In this document: positions 11,023-22,279 of the stretch, piece after piece
How positions within the stretch are numbered: position 1 is the stretch's first letter
How the letters are laid out: each line of letters begins with the position of its first letter
From: Basidiobolus meristosporus CBS 931.73
Taxonomy: Eukaryota > Fungi > Basidiobolomycota
Reading direction: 5' to 3'
Length of the DNA stretch: 64,000 nt
Assembly (NCBI GenBank): GCA_002104905.1
Contig: MCFE01000182.1
Coordinates: 1 to 64,000, forward strand
Notes under the pieces: generated by a model
The model's database searches: none
What the model was told of the DNA's origin: nothing
What the model saw: the letters and a program-made list of their open reading frames with translations, nothing else
Position numbers and translations under genes: made by a program

Positions 11023-12195
11023 TTATTGGGAGGGGACGGCGGCCTCGAGGGCACGCTTGACATCGTTGACAAGGTCCTCGGTGTCCTCGATACCAACAGA
11101 GAGGCGGATAAGAGTGTCGGTGATGCCAAGCTTGGCACGATCTTCGGCGCTGACGGCTCCGTGAGTCATCACCGAGGGAAGCTCAGCGAGAGATTCAACT
11201 CCACCCAAAGATTCGGCCAAAGTGAACACCTTAAGGGTCTGCAAGAACTTGTTGGAGTTGTCAAGATTGCCCTTGATGCGGAAGCTAACCATACCGCCGA
11301 AACCAGCGGTCTGTTTCTTGGCGAGCTCGTGTTGCTTGTGGGACTTGAGTCCGGGGTAGATCACCTCCTCCACCTTGTCCGAGGCTTCAAGGGCCTTGGC
11401 GACAGTCATGGCGTTCTCGGCATGCTGCTTCATACGAACGTGGAGGGTCTTAAGACCACGGTTGGCAAGGAAACAATCAAAGGGACTGGGGGTAGCACCG
11501 ATGGCGTTTTGCAGGAACTTGAGTTTGGTGTAAAGTTCCTCATCCTTGAGCACGGCGACACCGATGACGACATCTGAGTGACCGTTGAGGTACTTGGTAC
11601 CAGAATGGACCACGATGTCAGCACCGAGGGTCAATGGGTTCTGGAAGTAAGGAGACATGAAAGTGTTGTCGACGACCAGGATGGCGCCGGCCTCATGAGC
11701 GTACTTGGCGATGGCTTCGATGTCGACCAAACGAAGGGTGGGGTTGGTGGGGGTTTCAATCCAGACGAGCTTGGTGTTCTCACGAAGGGCGGATTTGATG
11801 TTGTCGGGGTTGACAAGATCGACAAAGGTGTGCTCGATGCCGGTGACGGTAGCAACCTTAGTGAAGTATCTGTAGGTTCCACCGTAGACATCGTTGACCA
11901 GAACGACATGGGACCCAGCGGGGAGAAGATGAGCAATGGTGGCGGTGGTGGCGGAACCGGAGCTGAATGCAAGTCCGAAGTTACCCTTCTCTAAAGCAGC
12001 AACAGCTTGCTCAAATGAATGGCGGGTTGGGTTACCGGCGCGAGAGTACTCGTAGCCAGAGTGGACACCAGCAGCGGACTGAGCGAAGGTGGTGGACAGA
12101 GAGATGGGAGGAATGACGGCTCCAGTAACGCCATCGGGCTCCTGACCAGTGTGGATAGCCAAGGTGCCAAATCCGGTAAATTCTGAAAGAGTCAT
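11023..12195 (-). CDS. CYS3: Cystathionine gamma-lyase (Cys/Met metabolism PLP enzyme)
   Basis: Intronless 390 aa. YEYSRAGNPTR, WIETPTNP, VVDNTF, PLP-lysine motif HSGTKYLNGHSD, AESLGGVESL, RLSVGIED. Confidence 0.95.
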   Translation of the reverse strand: MTLSEFTGFGTLAIHTGQEPDGVTGAVIPPISLSTTFAQSAAGVHSGYEYSRAGNPTRHSFEQAVAALEKGNFGLAFSSGSATTATIAHLLPAGSHVVLVNDVYGGTYRYFTKVATVTGIEHTFVDLVNPDNIKSALRENTKLVWIETPTNPTLRLVDIEAIAKYAHEAGAILVVDNTFMSPYFQNPLTLGADIVVHSGTKYLNGHSDVVIGVAVLKDEELYTKLKFLQNAIGATPSPFDCFLANRGLKTLHVRMKQHAENAMTVAKALEASDKVEEVIYPGLKSHKQHELAKKQTAGFGGMVSFRIKGNLDNSNKFLQTLKVFTLAESLGGVESLAELPSVMTHGAVSAEDRAKLGITDTLIRLSVGIEDTEDLVNDVKRALEAAVPSQ

Positions 12196-12243
12196 CTTAA
12201 GTATATAAAAAGCAGGAGTGAATGAGGAGATGCCGATGCATCC

Positions 12244-13858
12244 GTGAGCTATTTATACACCTGGAAGAGAGGAAAAAATCCACCAAATCCGCAAGATGAT
12301 TTGTCAGATTCGACAGATTCAGTTTGGAACATCCGTATGTGTGCAATTGGAATATTTTCTACCTGCGCAGGTCAAATTAAGCAATGGGAAATTTATCAGC
12401 GAAATGGTACCATACTCCACCAATCAAATCCCCATCGCCCCCTCCAATTGGTAAATGATGCCAAACGGACGAGGGACCATTTCGTAAATGCGGCCGAATC
12501 CATCAATGTTTTGGACGGTTTTCGATCTCATTTCATGATGCTCTCCATTTTGACATCCGTGTCTGAATTAGTAATAAATAATGCCTTGGAGCCTGGGAAA
12601 TTTCTAGATATAATTGTGTGGTGAACCAGCCAATGGAGCTGGTCTATTTTGTCGAAATTCATGCCGATTCCCATGGAGTGGTTTTGGCGAGTGTCCCAAA
12701 CACAGAGAGCCCCTGTGGTATTGCAGTGCTCTTAAAGCATATCTGAATCGATGGGTACGAACAGATGATGTATTACAAAGGAGGTAAAGGGGGCCTTTAG
12801 CCACAAAGTACATCCAAATTGGATTCCGCTTAAGGAGACATTGGCCATTAATAATCTACATCTGCTGCCTGGAGTTGGTCTGCCAAACTGTCCCAATGTT
12901 GTATTACAAGTCGTTCTGGCTTCTGAGTGAGCCTCTCCATTCACTCGTGCCATAAGAGTGGGATCTTCACGATTCTCAACCAGCAATGGCAGATATTACA
13001 TCATCGACTCCTTTTATATAGCCTCAATGCTCCACTGGTATGACCCATAGTAGAAAAAAAGGATCTACCTTTTAGTCTGATATGTTCACGAAGGCCACTA
13101 TCAAACTGTCAACTTTCGCAGAGTTCATTGAGCGCATATGTACGGAACCGAAAGCTGTTTGGGCTTTTTTATTAAAAAACCACTTCCCAAACGAGAGGGT
13201 TGCTATTCGCAGAGATTCCCGACAGCTAGATGGTGTAAAGGTTGAATAGATGCCCACGACCGATCTAATGGACGCAGAGACTGGTATTTACAATAAGTCC
13301 TCGGAAACTCCACATACAACTTCGAACCGCACCTTTAATCCGTCGAAACGGATCCAGGAATTTCTTCAGTATAGGCGGTCGTCCTCTACTGATTGAATGT
13401 TTTTTGGCTGTCGAACTATCGGCATTCGAGGAGTACAAGAAGCGTGTGCTGCTTCTGGAAGATGAGGCCACCCACACTCACAGGGGCAAGTTTCATATTC
13501 ACCGTCTACATCGAGGCGGCAATCTCCCAAATGTAGACTCGATCCGAGCAAAGGAAAGTGAGTTTACTGCTAACATGAATGGTACCTTTGAATGGAAAAG
13601 GTGATCTAGAACAGACAAAACCCGGATCAGTGGTCAACCAGCAATCCACTATGCATTAGGGAAGTTTTCAAAGAGAACAATGTTACGTTAGGTGTATCGA
13701 AGGCGCGCACCTCCTCAATCGTCGCTGTAGAAGGATATTGTTCTGTGTGGCACAAGATACCATTCATTCAAGAGCTGGGATTCCAGTATCGATGGATCGG
13801 ATTATTCCGGAATCATGGTTGTGACCCAATCTGGTACGATGGGCTGATACAATATTAG
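12244..13858 (+). pseudogene. Possible decayed coding region, family unrecognised
   Basis: The frame of 12244 reads protein-like to about 13400 with 9 stops in about 385 codons (roughly half the random expectation). It is followed by stop-free stretches in other frames (13404-13604; about 13613-13858). No motif recognised. Confidence 0.3.
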
Positions 13859-14310
13859 CTTTGCGTTACTCTTTTGTGTGGGAGAAGATCACCAATGCGA
13901 TGCAGTTGGCTCTACCATCCCACGAGAAGCCCATTGTGGTATGCACAGTGTGGCTGGTATCAGAGCTAATACCTCGATAGACCAACATCGGTAGTTAGGA
14001 ATAGTAAGCACACAATGGGCCTTTTTTCTTTCGGTGTCTCTCATCCCAGTCCCAGGTATGGTTTCCCATGCTGTCTGTTGTACGAACCAATATGGAAATG
14101 ATGTTCTCAATACAGATAATGAAATGAAGGCAGATGGGAATATATCATATAGTTGGTTGCTCATTTGGCTGAAAGCTATTCATTACAGTAAATGCTAAGT
14201 ATGGTGATGATAGACTAATATACAAGAAAAGGTGAGGTTATTTGTGGCGGGGCCAAGGTTAAGAATAGGAGGATGGCCTGGCGAGATTATGATGGTGGCT
14301 ATGCACAGTT

Positions 14311-16179
14311 CTAAGCAGGTGGGAGGAAATTACTAAACAAGACGATACCTGTTAGACCGTACGTGATAAAATAAAATAGGACCAAACGAATGGACATCTC
14401 ATGATGCTTGGGATCCTGTACCAGCACATGAGCTGCAAACCAGTAGACTGTAGGCATACATGAGAAAAACCGAGTGATGACTTGAATGTGCATGGCCAAA
14501 GTGCAATAAGCAAGCAGTACTCCCCAGAGGTAGATGAATGGTAGGAGAGCATCGGTGTAAAATAGCCCTTCCAGAGCGGCTGTTTTCGGGGGATTAGTGT
14601 TGGCGGATATCCGGCGGATAGGAGAGAGCATCACTGGACGCGCATTCATAGCTTTACGAACGTGCTGATGCTCTTTGGTAGTTTTGACCGGATAGGGGCC
14701 CTCGTATCTTTTGCTAGAGGTTCGATCTGCTCACGGTTAGCGTCTCAGCAGGGTGCGTGAAGCTTCAGAAAGTTTACCTTTGATGCCAACCGAAAAGAAA
14801 CGGAACCAGTCGTGGGCAGCATAGCACCAGATACCTGAAAGCGATAAGATTACCATCGGCGCTGCCAGAAGGAAGTTGGGAATCTGCTTCCATTCATAGT
14901 ATCTGAGGAATCCGCAGTTCCTGGGAAGAAAGGTTGAGTCATTCTTGCGATTGTCCTCAATGGGAATTCCAAACACTCACCAGTATTCTTCCTGGACGAA
15001 TGAATAAATTGATGGTATGCGATATTCACACCATGGGCGGGGGTCATTTTGATTTACACAATAACTCACATAGCCATACAGCTGAAAGCTCATCATCCCA
15101 AGCATAGTAACAATCGACAATCCGACCGCCTTCGCCACCTGAGCCATATAAACCTAGTTGTCCAGAAGGATTAGCGACCGGTTCGACCATGCAAGCTTGC
15201 AAACCTGCCAACAATTACCCTGGATGACTTGGTTCGGTTCTTTATGCATAGATCGAAGATGAAAAACCCTGCGTAGGTGATACCGTTTGATCTGGTGGAT
15301 GTCCCAAGTGCCCAGACTACGGCGGCACTCCAAAAATGCTTGTGCACATAGAGGTCCATACCAACAAAGGAGAATAGAGCGAACAAACTCTCGGTATACC
15401 TTGGTAACAAAGATTAGCACAACCGGTCCGCTACGGTAAAATCCCCGGGCAGAACTTACATTGAGGACATGAACATGCAGGAGGGGGTGATGCAAAAGCA
15501 CAGGGCGGAGATAAGAGCAAACTTCTCTTTTTTGAAGATGGAATAGGATAAACTAGAGAAAAAAATCGACTCGAATGAACACCCAGAAGGCACCAGCAAG
15601 AACCACCCAGAAATATACGTACTGGTACAGAGCCACTGCAGCCAGGGCAAAGGCTAGGTTGGAGATGAGAATCCCGGAGAGTGCCAATAGTAATTTACGG
15701 TCGAAAAAGATTTGTAAAGGCCTGAAAACTAGCGTACGAGAAACAGGCGACAGAAATTTAGTGACAGCCAGAGAACCAAGGAACACCATTGTCCACCACT
15801 TACCACTATCGCTGAGCCCTCTCATCAACACAGGCAACATGGGGAAAAACGCGAATTCCTGTTCGTACACGTAGCCTTCTTCAGCGACATGCATAAAGTA
15901 GAACGCATCCCATCTGACAAATGCGACCATGGTTCTCTTTAGGATGGCCTGAATAAAGCTCTTGGAGAAGGTTGGGAGAATCAGGTCAACCGAAGAGTCG
16001 TAATCTTCGATAATGTAGTTTGATACGAAAGCAATCCCCCATACCAAAACCCTCGAGAAAAGAGCTAGAAAGAATAATAGGAAGTAGTGTAGGTTCTGCT
16101 GGTGGGATAGGAGGGCGAATAGGGAGGAGGAGCTGGGTTTTACAAGTGAGCCTTTCTTTCGCTTGTGGACTGACTCCAT
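14311..16179 (-). CDS. GPI18: GPI mannosyltransferase 2 (PIG-V/GPI18), multi-exon
   Basis: DYDSS and [27 protein letters not shown] in the 5' exon, later [25 protein letters not shown], and the C-terminus [11 protein letters not shown]...FSNFLPPA. Start taken at MESVHKRKK. Confidence 0.92.
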
Positions 16180-16921
16180 GGGACTATCTGTGTTATGATG
16201 GAGTGTGAAGATGCTAGCCATGAAAGGAACAGACACTTGCAAATCAATGAATTTATATCTAGATTACTTTGATTAAATGCAGAGGGGAATTTATGTCAGT
16301 CTACAAAAGGATATTCGTGAAGTATTTATACCCCTTTACTGAGGTATACTCCACTCATCAAAGATCACATTGGCTGGTCAAGATCAATGGATCTAGAGTA
16401 TAGATAGATATATATGACCACACCATTCTATGGCTTACTTCAACAACCCAAAACGGCCGGGGCTTGATTATCTATGATGGGTGACCTGGGGTAGCACTTC
16501 TAGAAACGCTTCCGTGTTTCATGCAAATTCCACCGAGTCCCCTGCGTGCCTAACCAGCGTGCCTTCGATACCGGCTAGCATGGCTGCTGGAAGCTTATTT
16601 GCTTGTGAAACAGTACCTTGTTCCTGTACACCGCGACTTCATTGGAGCAACGCTGGCTATCATAACAGTTTAGAGTAGCGCTATATAAGACCATGTCCCA
16701 GTTTAAACTAACGTGTATATATAGACTCCACCACAGCTTAAAGTAACACTATATACGATTGGGCACCGCCGCAAAAGGATAAATGTGGCGAATCGGCCAA
16801 TTAAGATAAACCTGGATTTACTATACAAAGTTATACTACACTGCATTGGCTAATCAATGATTAATGTGAAGAAATATCTAAACAGAGAATGGTGCAAAAG
16901 GAGGGCGAGGGTGGCTGGGAG

Positions 16922-19885
16922 CTAGGATCTCCAGCCCATCCTCTTCTCGTATTCCATCTCTTCCTGGTGGGTCAACTTATCTACACCTTGCCATACTGAA
17001 CTTTGTCTTAGCTTATACCGGCTGGACTTACGGCCGAACAGCTCCTCCATGTTGACCGCTGGGATCTTGCCGAATATCGCCTCCGGATTGATTTTCGATT
17101 GCTCCATGAGGGCGCGCTTGAGATTTGGGCTTTGTGCCCATTCAGGGACATCAGGTTTGTCGTCCTCGTTGTCCGACTCATCGCTAGGGATCTCGGGTAG
17201 CTGGATCTTGCCGTTCTGTTCGACGGCGATGCTCTCGAATGTGGTGGTCACCACGCTCTTCAGCTTCTTCTCGGGGGTCAGTGGGTCCAGGAATTTGTCC
17301 AGCCCATCCAGTTCGTTGTAGTTCTGAGTTGCGCTTTCTGGATCGGATTCCATATCGTCCTCTTCCCTTTCAGGAATAATGGATTCTGCCATCTTGGTAG
17401 GGCGCTTGGGTGCTCCTGCATTGGTTGGGATTTTTGGAAGTGGTTTACCCGCGGCGCTGACAACCTGTTTCTTGCTGGTGGTGGCAGAAACCGCCGTGCT
17501 CTTGGCCTGTGCCAGCTTTTTGAATACCGAAAGTTTTCCTTTCTCGGGCGCGGCTGCAGTGGCGACCTTGGGTTTGGGTTCTGATTGGGTGGTGGATGCT
17601 GCCGTTTCCTTGGTCTTGCTACGAAGAGTACGCTTGGGCGGCTGGGGAAGTGGTTTGGGCTCATGAGCTTTGAGAACCTTACGTTTCGCCTCCATCTCCT
17701 TGGCTTTAGCTGCTCTCTTTTCTTCCTGCTCTTGCTGCTTGCGCGCAGCAGCAGCAGCAGCGGCCAAGGATTTGATGATTGGCTTTCCTTTAGTGCTTTT
17801 GGCCTTCAGTAATCGCTTGGGCTGCTCTTCCTCCGCCTCTTGTTGAGCTTGGGGTTCGGGCGTGGATTCGGGAATGGCTTCCAATTCCTCCTGCTCCATA
17901 TCGTCCTCATTCTCAACTTCATCCTCCTCCTCTGGAGCCACTTCTTGTTGCTCAAGCATCTTGAGTCGCTGCTCTTCTTGCAGCTGCTTGAATGTCAAGT
18001 TCTCCACTGGTGAATCGGACATGGATTCATCGAAGTTCGGTTCTTCGTCATGCACTTGCTCATCTTCAACCCCAACCACATCTTCGTCATCGTCATCACC
18101 TAATGATTCTTGGATCTTCTTCAAATCACTCATGATTTGCATGAACGATTCGTCACCATCATCAATCATGCTGAATTCGCCAACATTGTTCAACAGTTTG
18201 TTCTTCAAGAAGGGCGACTTCATGACGGCGCTCATGGGCTTCGTTGTAGGTTCTTGGAAAGATGGGGAGCTGGGATGGTCCAGGTTATCTTCATGATCCT
18301 CCATTTCCTCGGGTAAAGGACTTTCATTGAGCATCTTTGGCTCGTGAACATCTTCAAAGGCGGCTACATTCTCGGATTCTAATTTCATCGGCACATCCTG
18401 CTGTTCTTCTTCGTCTTGGATTGGAGCTTGGTCCACAGCCAGTTGCTCATCAGAGCGCGTTTCGAGATTAGTACGAGATGCCTCGAAGGACATATTCTTG
18501 ATCTCCTCGACACTTTCACGGCCCAATATTTGCTCGGCCAGGATAACGGCTTCTTCAGGCAATATGGGTTCGTCCTCCTTTACGGAGAATTGTGTGCTCT
18601 CAAGCAGTGAGCTGAGTTCATCACGAAGCATGGAGATTTCCTTTTTGTCGAGACTCAACGACTTGCTAGATCTAGAAGAGTTGGAGCGGAGTGATTGAAG
18701 TGCTTGCTTCAACTTCTCACTTCCTGTGCTAAAGATGGCCTTCAATCGATCTTCTTGAGAAACAGGGTTGGCATTTGGAGAGTCCTCTTCGTTGGATTGC
18801 TTGAGCAGTAGTCCAGGGGAGCCCATATCAGATCTCGAAGTGTTCTTGGATGGTGGAGATACGCTGTGTGCCGAGGTGGGATATTGGTCCTTGTGTGGAC
18901 CTGATGGTTTGTCGATGGTCATGGGGTCAGACATTGCAGGTTCTTGGATCAATGGCTCAACCACTGATGTTTCTTCCAACTCCACCTCCATCTGAACCGG
19001 CCCAGCTGAGTGTGATTCCTCCATTTCCGACATGCTTTCCGGCATGTCTTTCATTTCAGCAAGCTTGATTCTCTTGGTGCCAACCGCACTGAAATCAAAC
19101 GATTCCTCGTCAGTTGGATAGCGTTTTTCGGCAGTGGGGGTGGGGTTGCTGTCGATCAAGGATTCAATATCAGAGTCATCCGAGACCGGGTGTCTATTGA
19201 CGGCTGGGGTGCTGGTGATAATTCCTTGGGCTGAAAGGCTGTCAAAGCTCTCATCTTCAGACGGATATTCGGAGATTTCTTCAATGTTTGATTGCTCCAC
19301 CCCCTTGGATTTCATGGAGGAGAGAGTGGGGAATTGGATGGCTGGTGCCTTTGGAGGGGACTCTTCTCTGGATGTATTGTACTTGCCTGTCTCCTCCTGT
19401 TCCGAGTGATCGCTCTCATGGCTGTCATCAAATGGATTTGAAATGGGGCCCTCATTGCCAGGGATAGCTGGCTGATCGCTGACAGATTGTCTGGGTTTAG
19501 GCACCACCACCTCGATCTTTGAGGCTTCGGCAAGAGTGCGGACATCTGGCTGTTCACTGGAGTCTCCACTGGGTTTCGGATTGGAGCCCAACGACTCTTC
19601 AGGGATGGGAGGATTCTCGAAAAGTCCCTTGATCTGTGTTCTCGGATTCTGGCCTCTTCTTCTTCTGGCGGAGGGGGTCTTCAGCACTCGGGTGACAACC
19701 GGCTCTTGCTGCTTGTTTGTGATATTGTTGTAATAGTCCTTCAACCAATCCATATTCTCCTGGAAGGCTTGGTCGAACTCGTCGATTTTCTCCTGGTAAA
19801 GGGTGTGAAATTTACGTCTCTCCTGCTCCACCCACTCCGCAGCGTCTCGAGTGCTCGAGAACGGTAATTTCTGTGGATCCTCCAT
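16922..19885 (-). CDS. INCENP: Inner centromere protein (INCENP/Pic1/Sli15-like chromosomal passenger subunit)
   Basis: Long intronless acidic, low-complexity ORF with a helical N-terminal domain, a coiled coil, and a C-terminal IN-box (IPSDESD...VPEWAQSPNLKRALMEQSKINPEAIFG...EELF...RQSSVW). Start taken at MEDPQK. Confidence 0.9.
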   Translation of the reverse strand: MEDPQKLPFSSTRDAAEWVEQERRKFHTLYQEKIDEFDQAFQENMDWLKDYYNNITNKQQEPVVTRVLKTPSARRRRGQNPRTQIKGLFENPPIPEESLGSNPKPSGDSSEQPDVRTLAEASKIEVVVPKPRQSVSDQPAIPGNEGPISNPFDDSHESDHSEQEETGKYNTSREESPPKAPAIQFPTLSSMKSKGVEQSNIEEISEYPSEDESFDSLSAQGIITSTPAVNRHPVSDDSDIESLIDSNPTPTAEKRYPTDEESFDFSAVGTKRIKLAEMKDMPESMSEMEESHSAGPVQMEVELEETSVVEPLIQEPAMSDPMTIDKPSGPHKDQYPTSAHSVSPPSKNTSRSDMGSPGLLLKQSNEEDSPNANPVSQEDRLKAIFSTGSEKLKQALQSLRSNSSRSSKSLSLDKKEISMLRDELSSLLESTQFSVKEDEPILPEEAVILAEQILGRESVEEIKNMSFEASRTNLETRSDEQLAVDQAPIQDEEEQQDVPMKLESENVAAFEDVHEPKMLNESPLPEEMEDHEDNLDHPSSPSFQEPTTKPMSAVMKSPFLKNKLLNNVGEFSMIDDGDESFMQIMSDLKKIQESLGDDDDEDVVGVEDEQVHDEEPNFDESMSDSPVENLTFKQLQEEQRLKMLEQQEVAPEEEDEVENEDDMEQEELEAIPESTPEPQAQQEAEEEQPKRLLKAKSTKGKPIIKSLAAAAAAARKQQEQEEKRAAKAKEMEAKRKVLKAHEPKPLPQPPKRTLRSKTKETAASTTQSEPKPKVATAAAPEKGKLSVFKKLAQAKSTAVSATTSKKQVVSAAGKPLPKIPTNAGAPKRPTKMAESIIPEREEDDMESDPESATQNYNELDGLDKFLDPLTPEKKLKSVVTTTFESIAVEQNGKIQLPEIPSDESDNEDDKPDVPEWAQSPNLKRALMEQSKINPEAIFGKIPAVNMEELFGRKSSRYKLRQSSVWQGVDKLTHQEEMEYEKRMGWRS

Positions 19886-20266
19886 TGTGAAAAACAAAAA
19901 TAAAGTTGTTGCTAAACGGTGGTTTCCAAAGTGAACAAAAGACAGAGGAGTCAAGAGCTAGAAAGAAACCGAACAGTTGATTTGAACAGAAGGCGGTAAA
20001 GGTGAGTAGGGACCGGCAGAAACTCCAGTAACGATGACTGTTCAATGCAGGTAAAAGACGAAGTAAAGGGAATGTTTAGGGATTCCAGCTGAAATGAGGA
20101 TTCCCACCCTACCCGATTTACCACTCCAACCAATGATCTGAATTTGCTGGAAGATAACAACAAACAACGCACCATTGTTTATTTTTGAGTTGGGGTTGCG
20201 GTGGGTGTCCCTGATTGGGATTCGAGCATGTTTAAAAGGATGATTAAATATATACAATATTCTGGC

Positions 20267-21925
20267 TCAGAAGGCCAGAAGAGCGGTTCTACGCTTGCCG
20301 GTCGGATAAATCAGCAATGTTGCCATGAATAATCCAACAGCAATACTTAGTGGCATGATAACCATCTCAAACGCCAGGGTGGACCCTTTCCCGGCATGCA
20401 GGAGTGCATCATAAACCCCGCGGACACCTAGGGCACCCGGAACCAATATCATCACTGCGGACATGGTCGCTGCAAAACTGGATCGATGAGTGATACGAGA
20501 GTAGAGGTTCCCTACCAACCCGAGTGTGAATGCAGACAATGCAGCAGAGGTGGTTTCGTCATAGCGCCTGGAGGTGTAAAATGAGGCAGCAAACCCAACT
20601 GCACCCAAGAATATCATAAGTGGCCATTGGCGTGGATGAGATTGCAGATTGATGTTGTAACTGACGCTAAGCAGCGGCAATAGTAGGAAGTACCATCGGG
20701 GGTCTATTGGATGGCAATTTGACGTATCCACCGGTCCCTTGAAATCATTCATGTTACGCCAGAGCTGCGACCCAAACGTCAATCCAAATCCAAACATGAA
20801 CGAAAGCACCAACGCATAGCCCATCCGAATCACTCCGGAGTTGATGTTTCTGGATGCCAACTCCATCACCGACGTGGCAAACACCAGTCCAGGCAGCAGA
20901 TTGTACACCGAAGAAAGGACCACGGAGGTGTAGCAGATATACCGATGAAGTCCGGTCGCCAGAAACGAGCATATTACTGCGGCGGTGACCTCAAACACTG
21001 TGGAGTAATTAAAGATTCTTCGAGCAAGTTGCTGCAAACTACCAACAACCAGTCCCAACAAGCCACTTACTAAACCATCCACCCAGCCTCCCCCAAAGGC
21101 CAACGGACATATCAGGAATGAAGATACGCTGTATATGACAATATCAACCCACCACGGATACAGTGCTGGTGATTCCAGCAATACCTCGATCTCATCGTAC
21201 GCATCCTCAACGTCCATCTGGCCATAGATTACTTGCTTGGAGATATCATTGACTCTATCTAATTTGTACATATCAAAGCTAGGGTCGGCCTTGATGATAT
21301 GCGTTTCACTAGTATGCGTATCTTCGTCACCAAAGGAGATCAGTATCAGCCCGGGTAAGAATGCAAAGGATGCAGTGACCCCGAGTGCGACGGAGGCTCG
21401 ATTCATGTTATTCTCAAGGCGATGAGTAGGCGCTCCGAAAAGCACCATCGCTTTTGATAAAAGAATGAAATAGTCCTGATGGAGTAGCGCTTCAGCTATG
21501 TTAGAGATGGTTGAACGGCGCTCGAGAAAGCGGGTAACCTCCTCCTCGTTAGTTTGCCCCGCCTTGCTTGTATCATGCATGGTGGAGTTGATCGAGCCTC
21601 CGTCGGAGGATTGCAGCATAGCGTTGGCATTCTGAAGTTTCAACAGGCTAGCAAGTATACCGCTGCTAGCTGGGGAGGTTCCTAGGGCAAACCGATCAAC
21701 AAGATTTTCTGCGACTTGGTTACGACTCTCCATTGTTCTGCTTCTGGTAAGGGGCAGAATGGGAGAGGAAGGTATCTCAAAAGAAACATGTCGAGTGCGT
21801 GGTGCAAAGGGTTGTCCTATGACAAAAGGCTCTGAACCGTGCTGCTCACCAGGGGTTGTGTAACGACGAGAAGGCTTCCCATTGAGCAAAGGAGTATTGG
21901 AACCCTCTGGATTTCTCCGATCCAT
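20267..21925 (-). CDS. ThrE/DUF1212-family threonine/serine exporter-like membrane protein (Prm10-like)
   Basis: LSKAMVLFGAPTHRLE, FLPGLILISFGDEDTHTSET, ILVPGALG, about 10 TM segments, ending RRTALLAF. Confidence 0.88.
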   Translation of the reverse strand: MDRRNPEGSNTPLLNGKPSRRYTTPGEQHGSEPFVIGQPFAPRTRHVSFEIPSSPILPLTRSRTMESRNQVAENLVDRFALGTSPASSGILASLLKLQNANAMLQSSDGGSINSTMHDTSKAGQTNEEEVTRFLERRSTISNIAEALLHQDYFILLSKAMVLFGAPTHRLENNMNRASVALGVTASFAFLPGLILISFGDEDTHTSETHIIKADPSFDMYKLDRVNDISKQVIYGQMDVEDAYDEIEVLLESPALYPWWVDIVIYSVSSFLICPLAFGGGWVDGLVSGLLGLVVGSLQQLARRIFNYSTVFEVTAAVICSFLATGLHRYICYTSVVLSSVYNLLPGLVFATSVMELASRNINSGVIRMGYALVLSFMFGFGLTFGSQLWRNMNDFKGPVDTSNCHPIDPRWYFLLLPLLSVSYNINLQSHPRQWPLMIFLGAVGFAASFYTSRRYDETTSAALSAFTLGLVGNLYSRITHRSSFAATMSAVMILVPGALGVRGVYDALLHAGKGSTLAFEMVIMPLSIAVGLFMATLLIYPTGKRRTALLAF

Positions 21926-22279
21926 AGACAGCTGGGCTACTCTAAGATTACAAGAATTACTCGGTGTATTGAAGATTCTCAAACTTGGTCTGCTGAAAGA
22001 GTGAGGAAGACACGGGTATTTAACATTCGGTCAGGACATAAAAAGCACCGTTGAGCATATAGAAAAATTGAGGTCCCTCACTGAAATCGAAACCAGTCAT
22101 TCAGCTAAGAAACTAATAAAGATTATGCAGGTGTATAATTAATGATAAGGCATACTCCACCATCATTGGCTTGAGTTTACACGCTGCCGATTTACCATAT
22201 GATTGACATGAACATTTCTTTATTCTCGAAAGCAGGAAGCCTTCGACAGTTAGTGTACAGGAGCTACGTGAGTTTAGCT

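Noticed and set aside
11005-11994. Antisense ORFs over CYS3 (and similar ones over INCENP, RNR2, AsnRS and the Ser/Thr protein)
   Set aside because: Explained by C-ending codon bias, which removes stops from the opposite strand.
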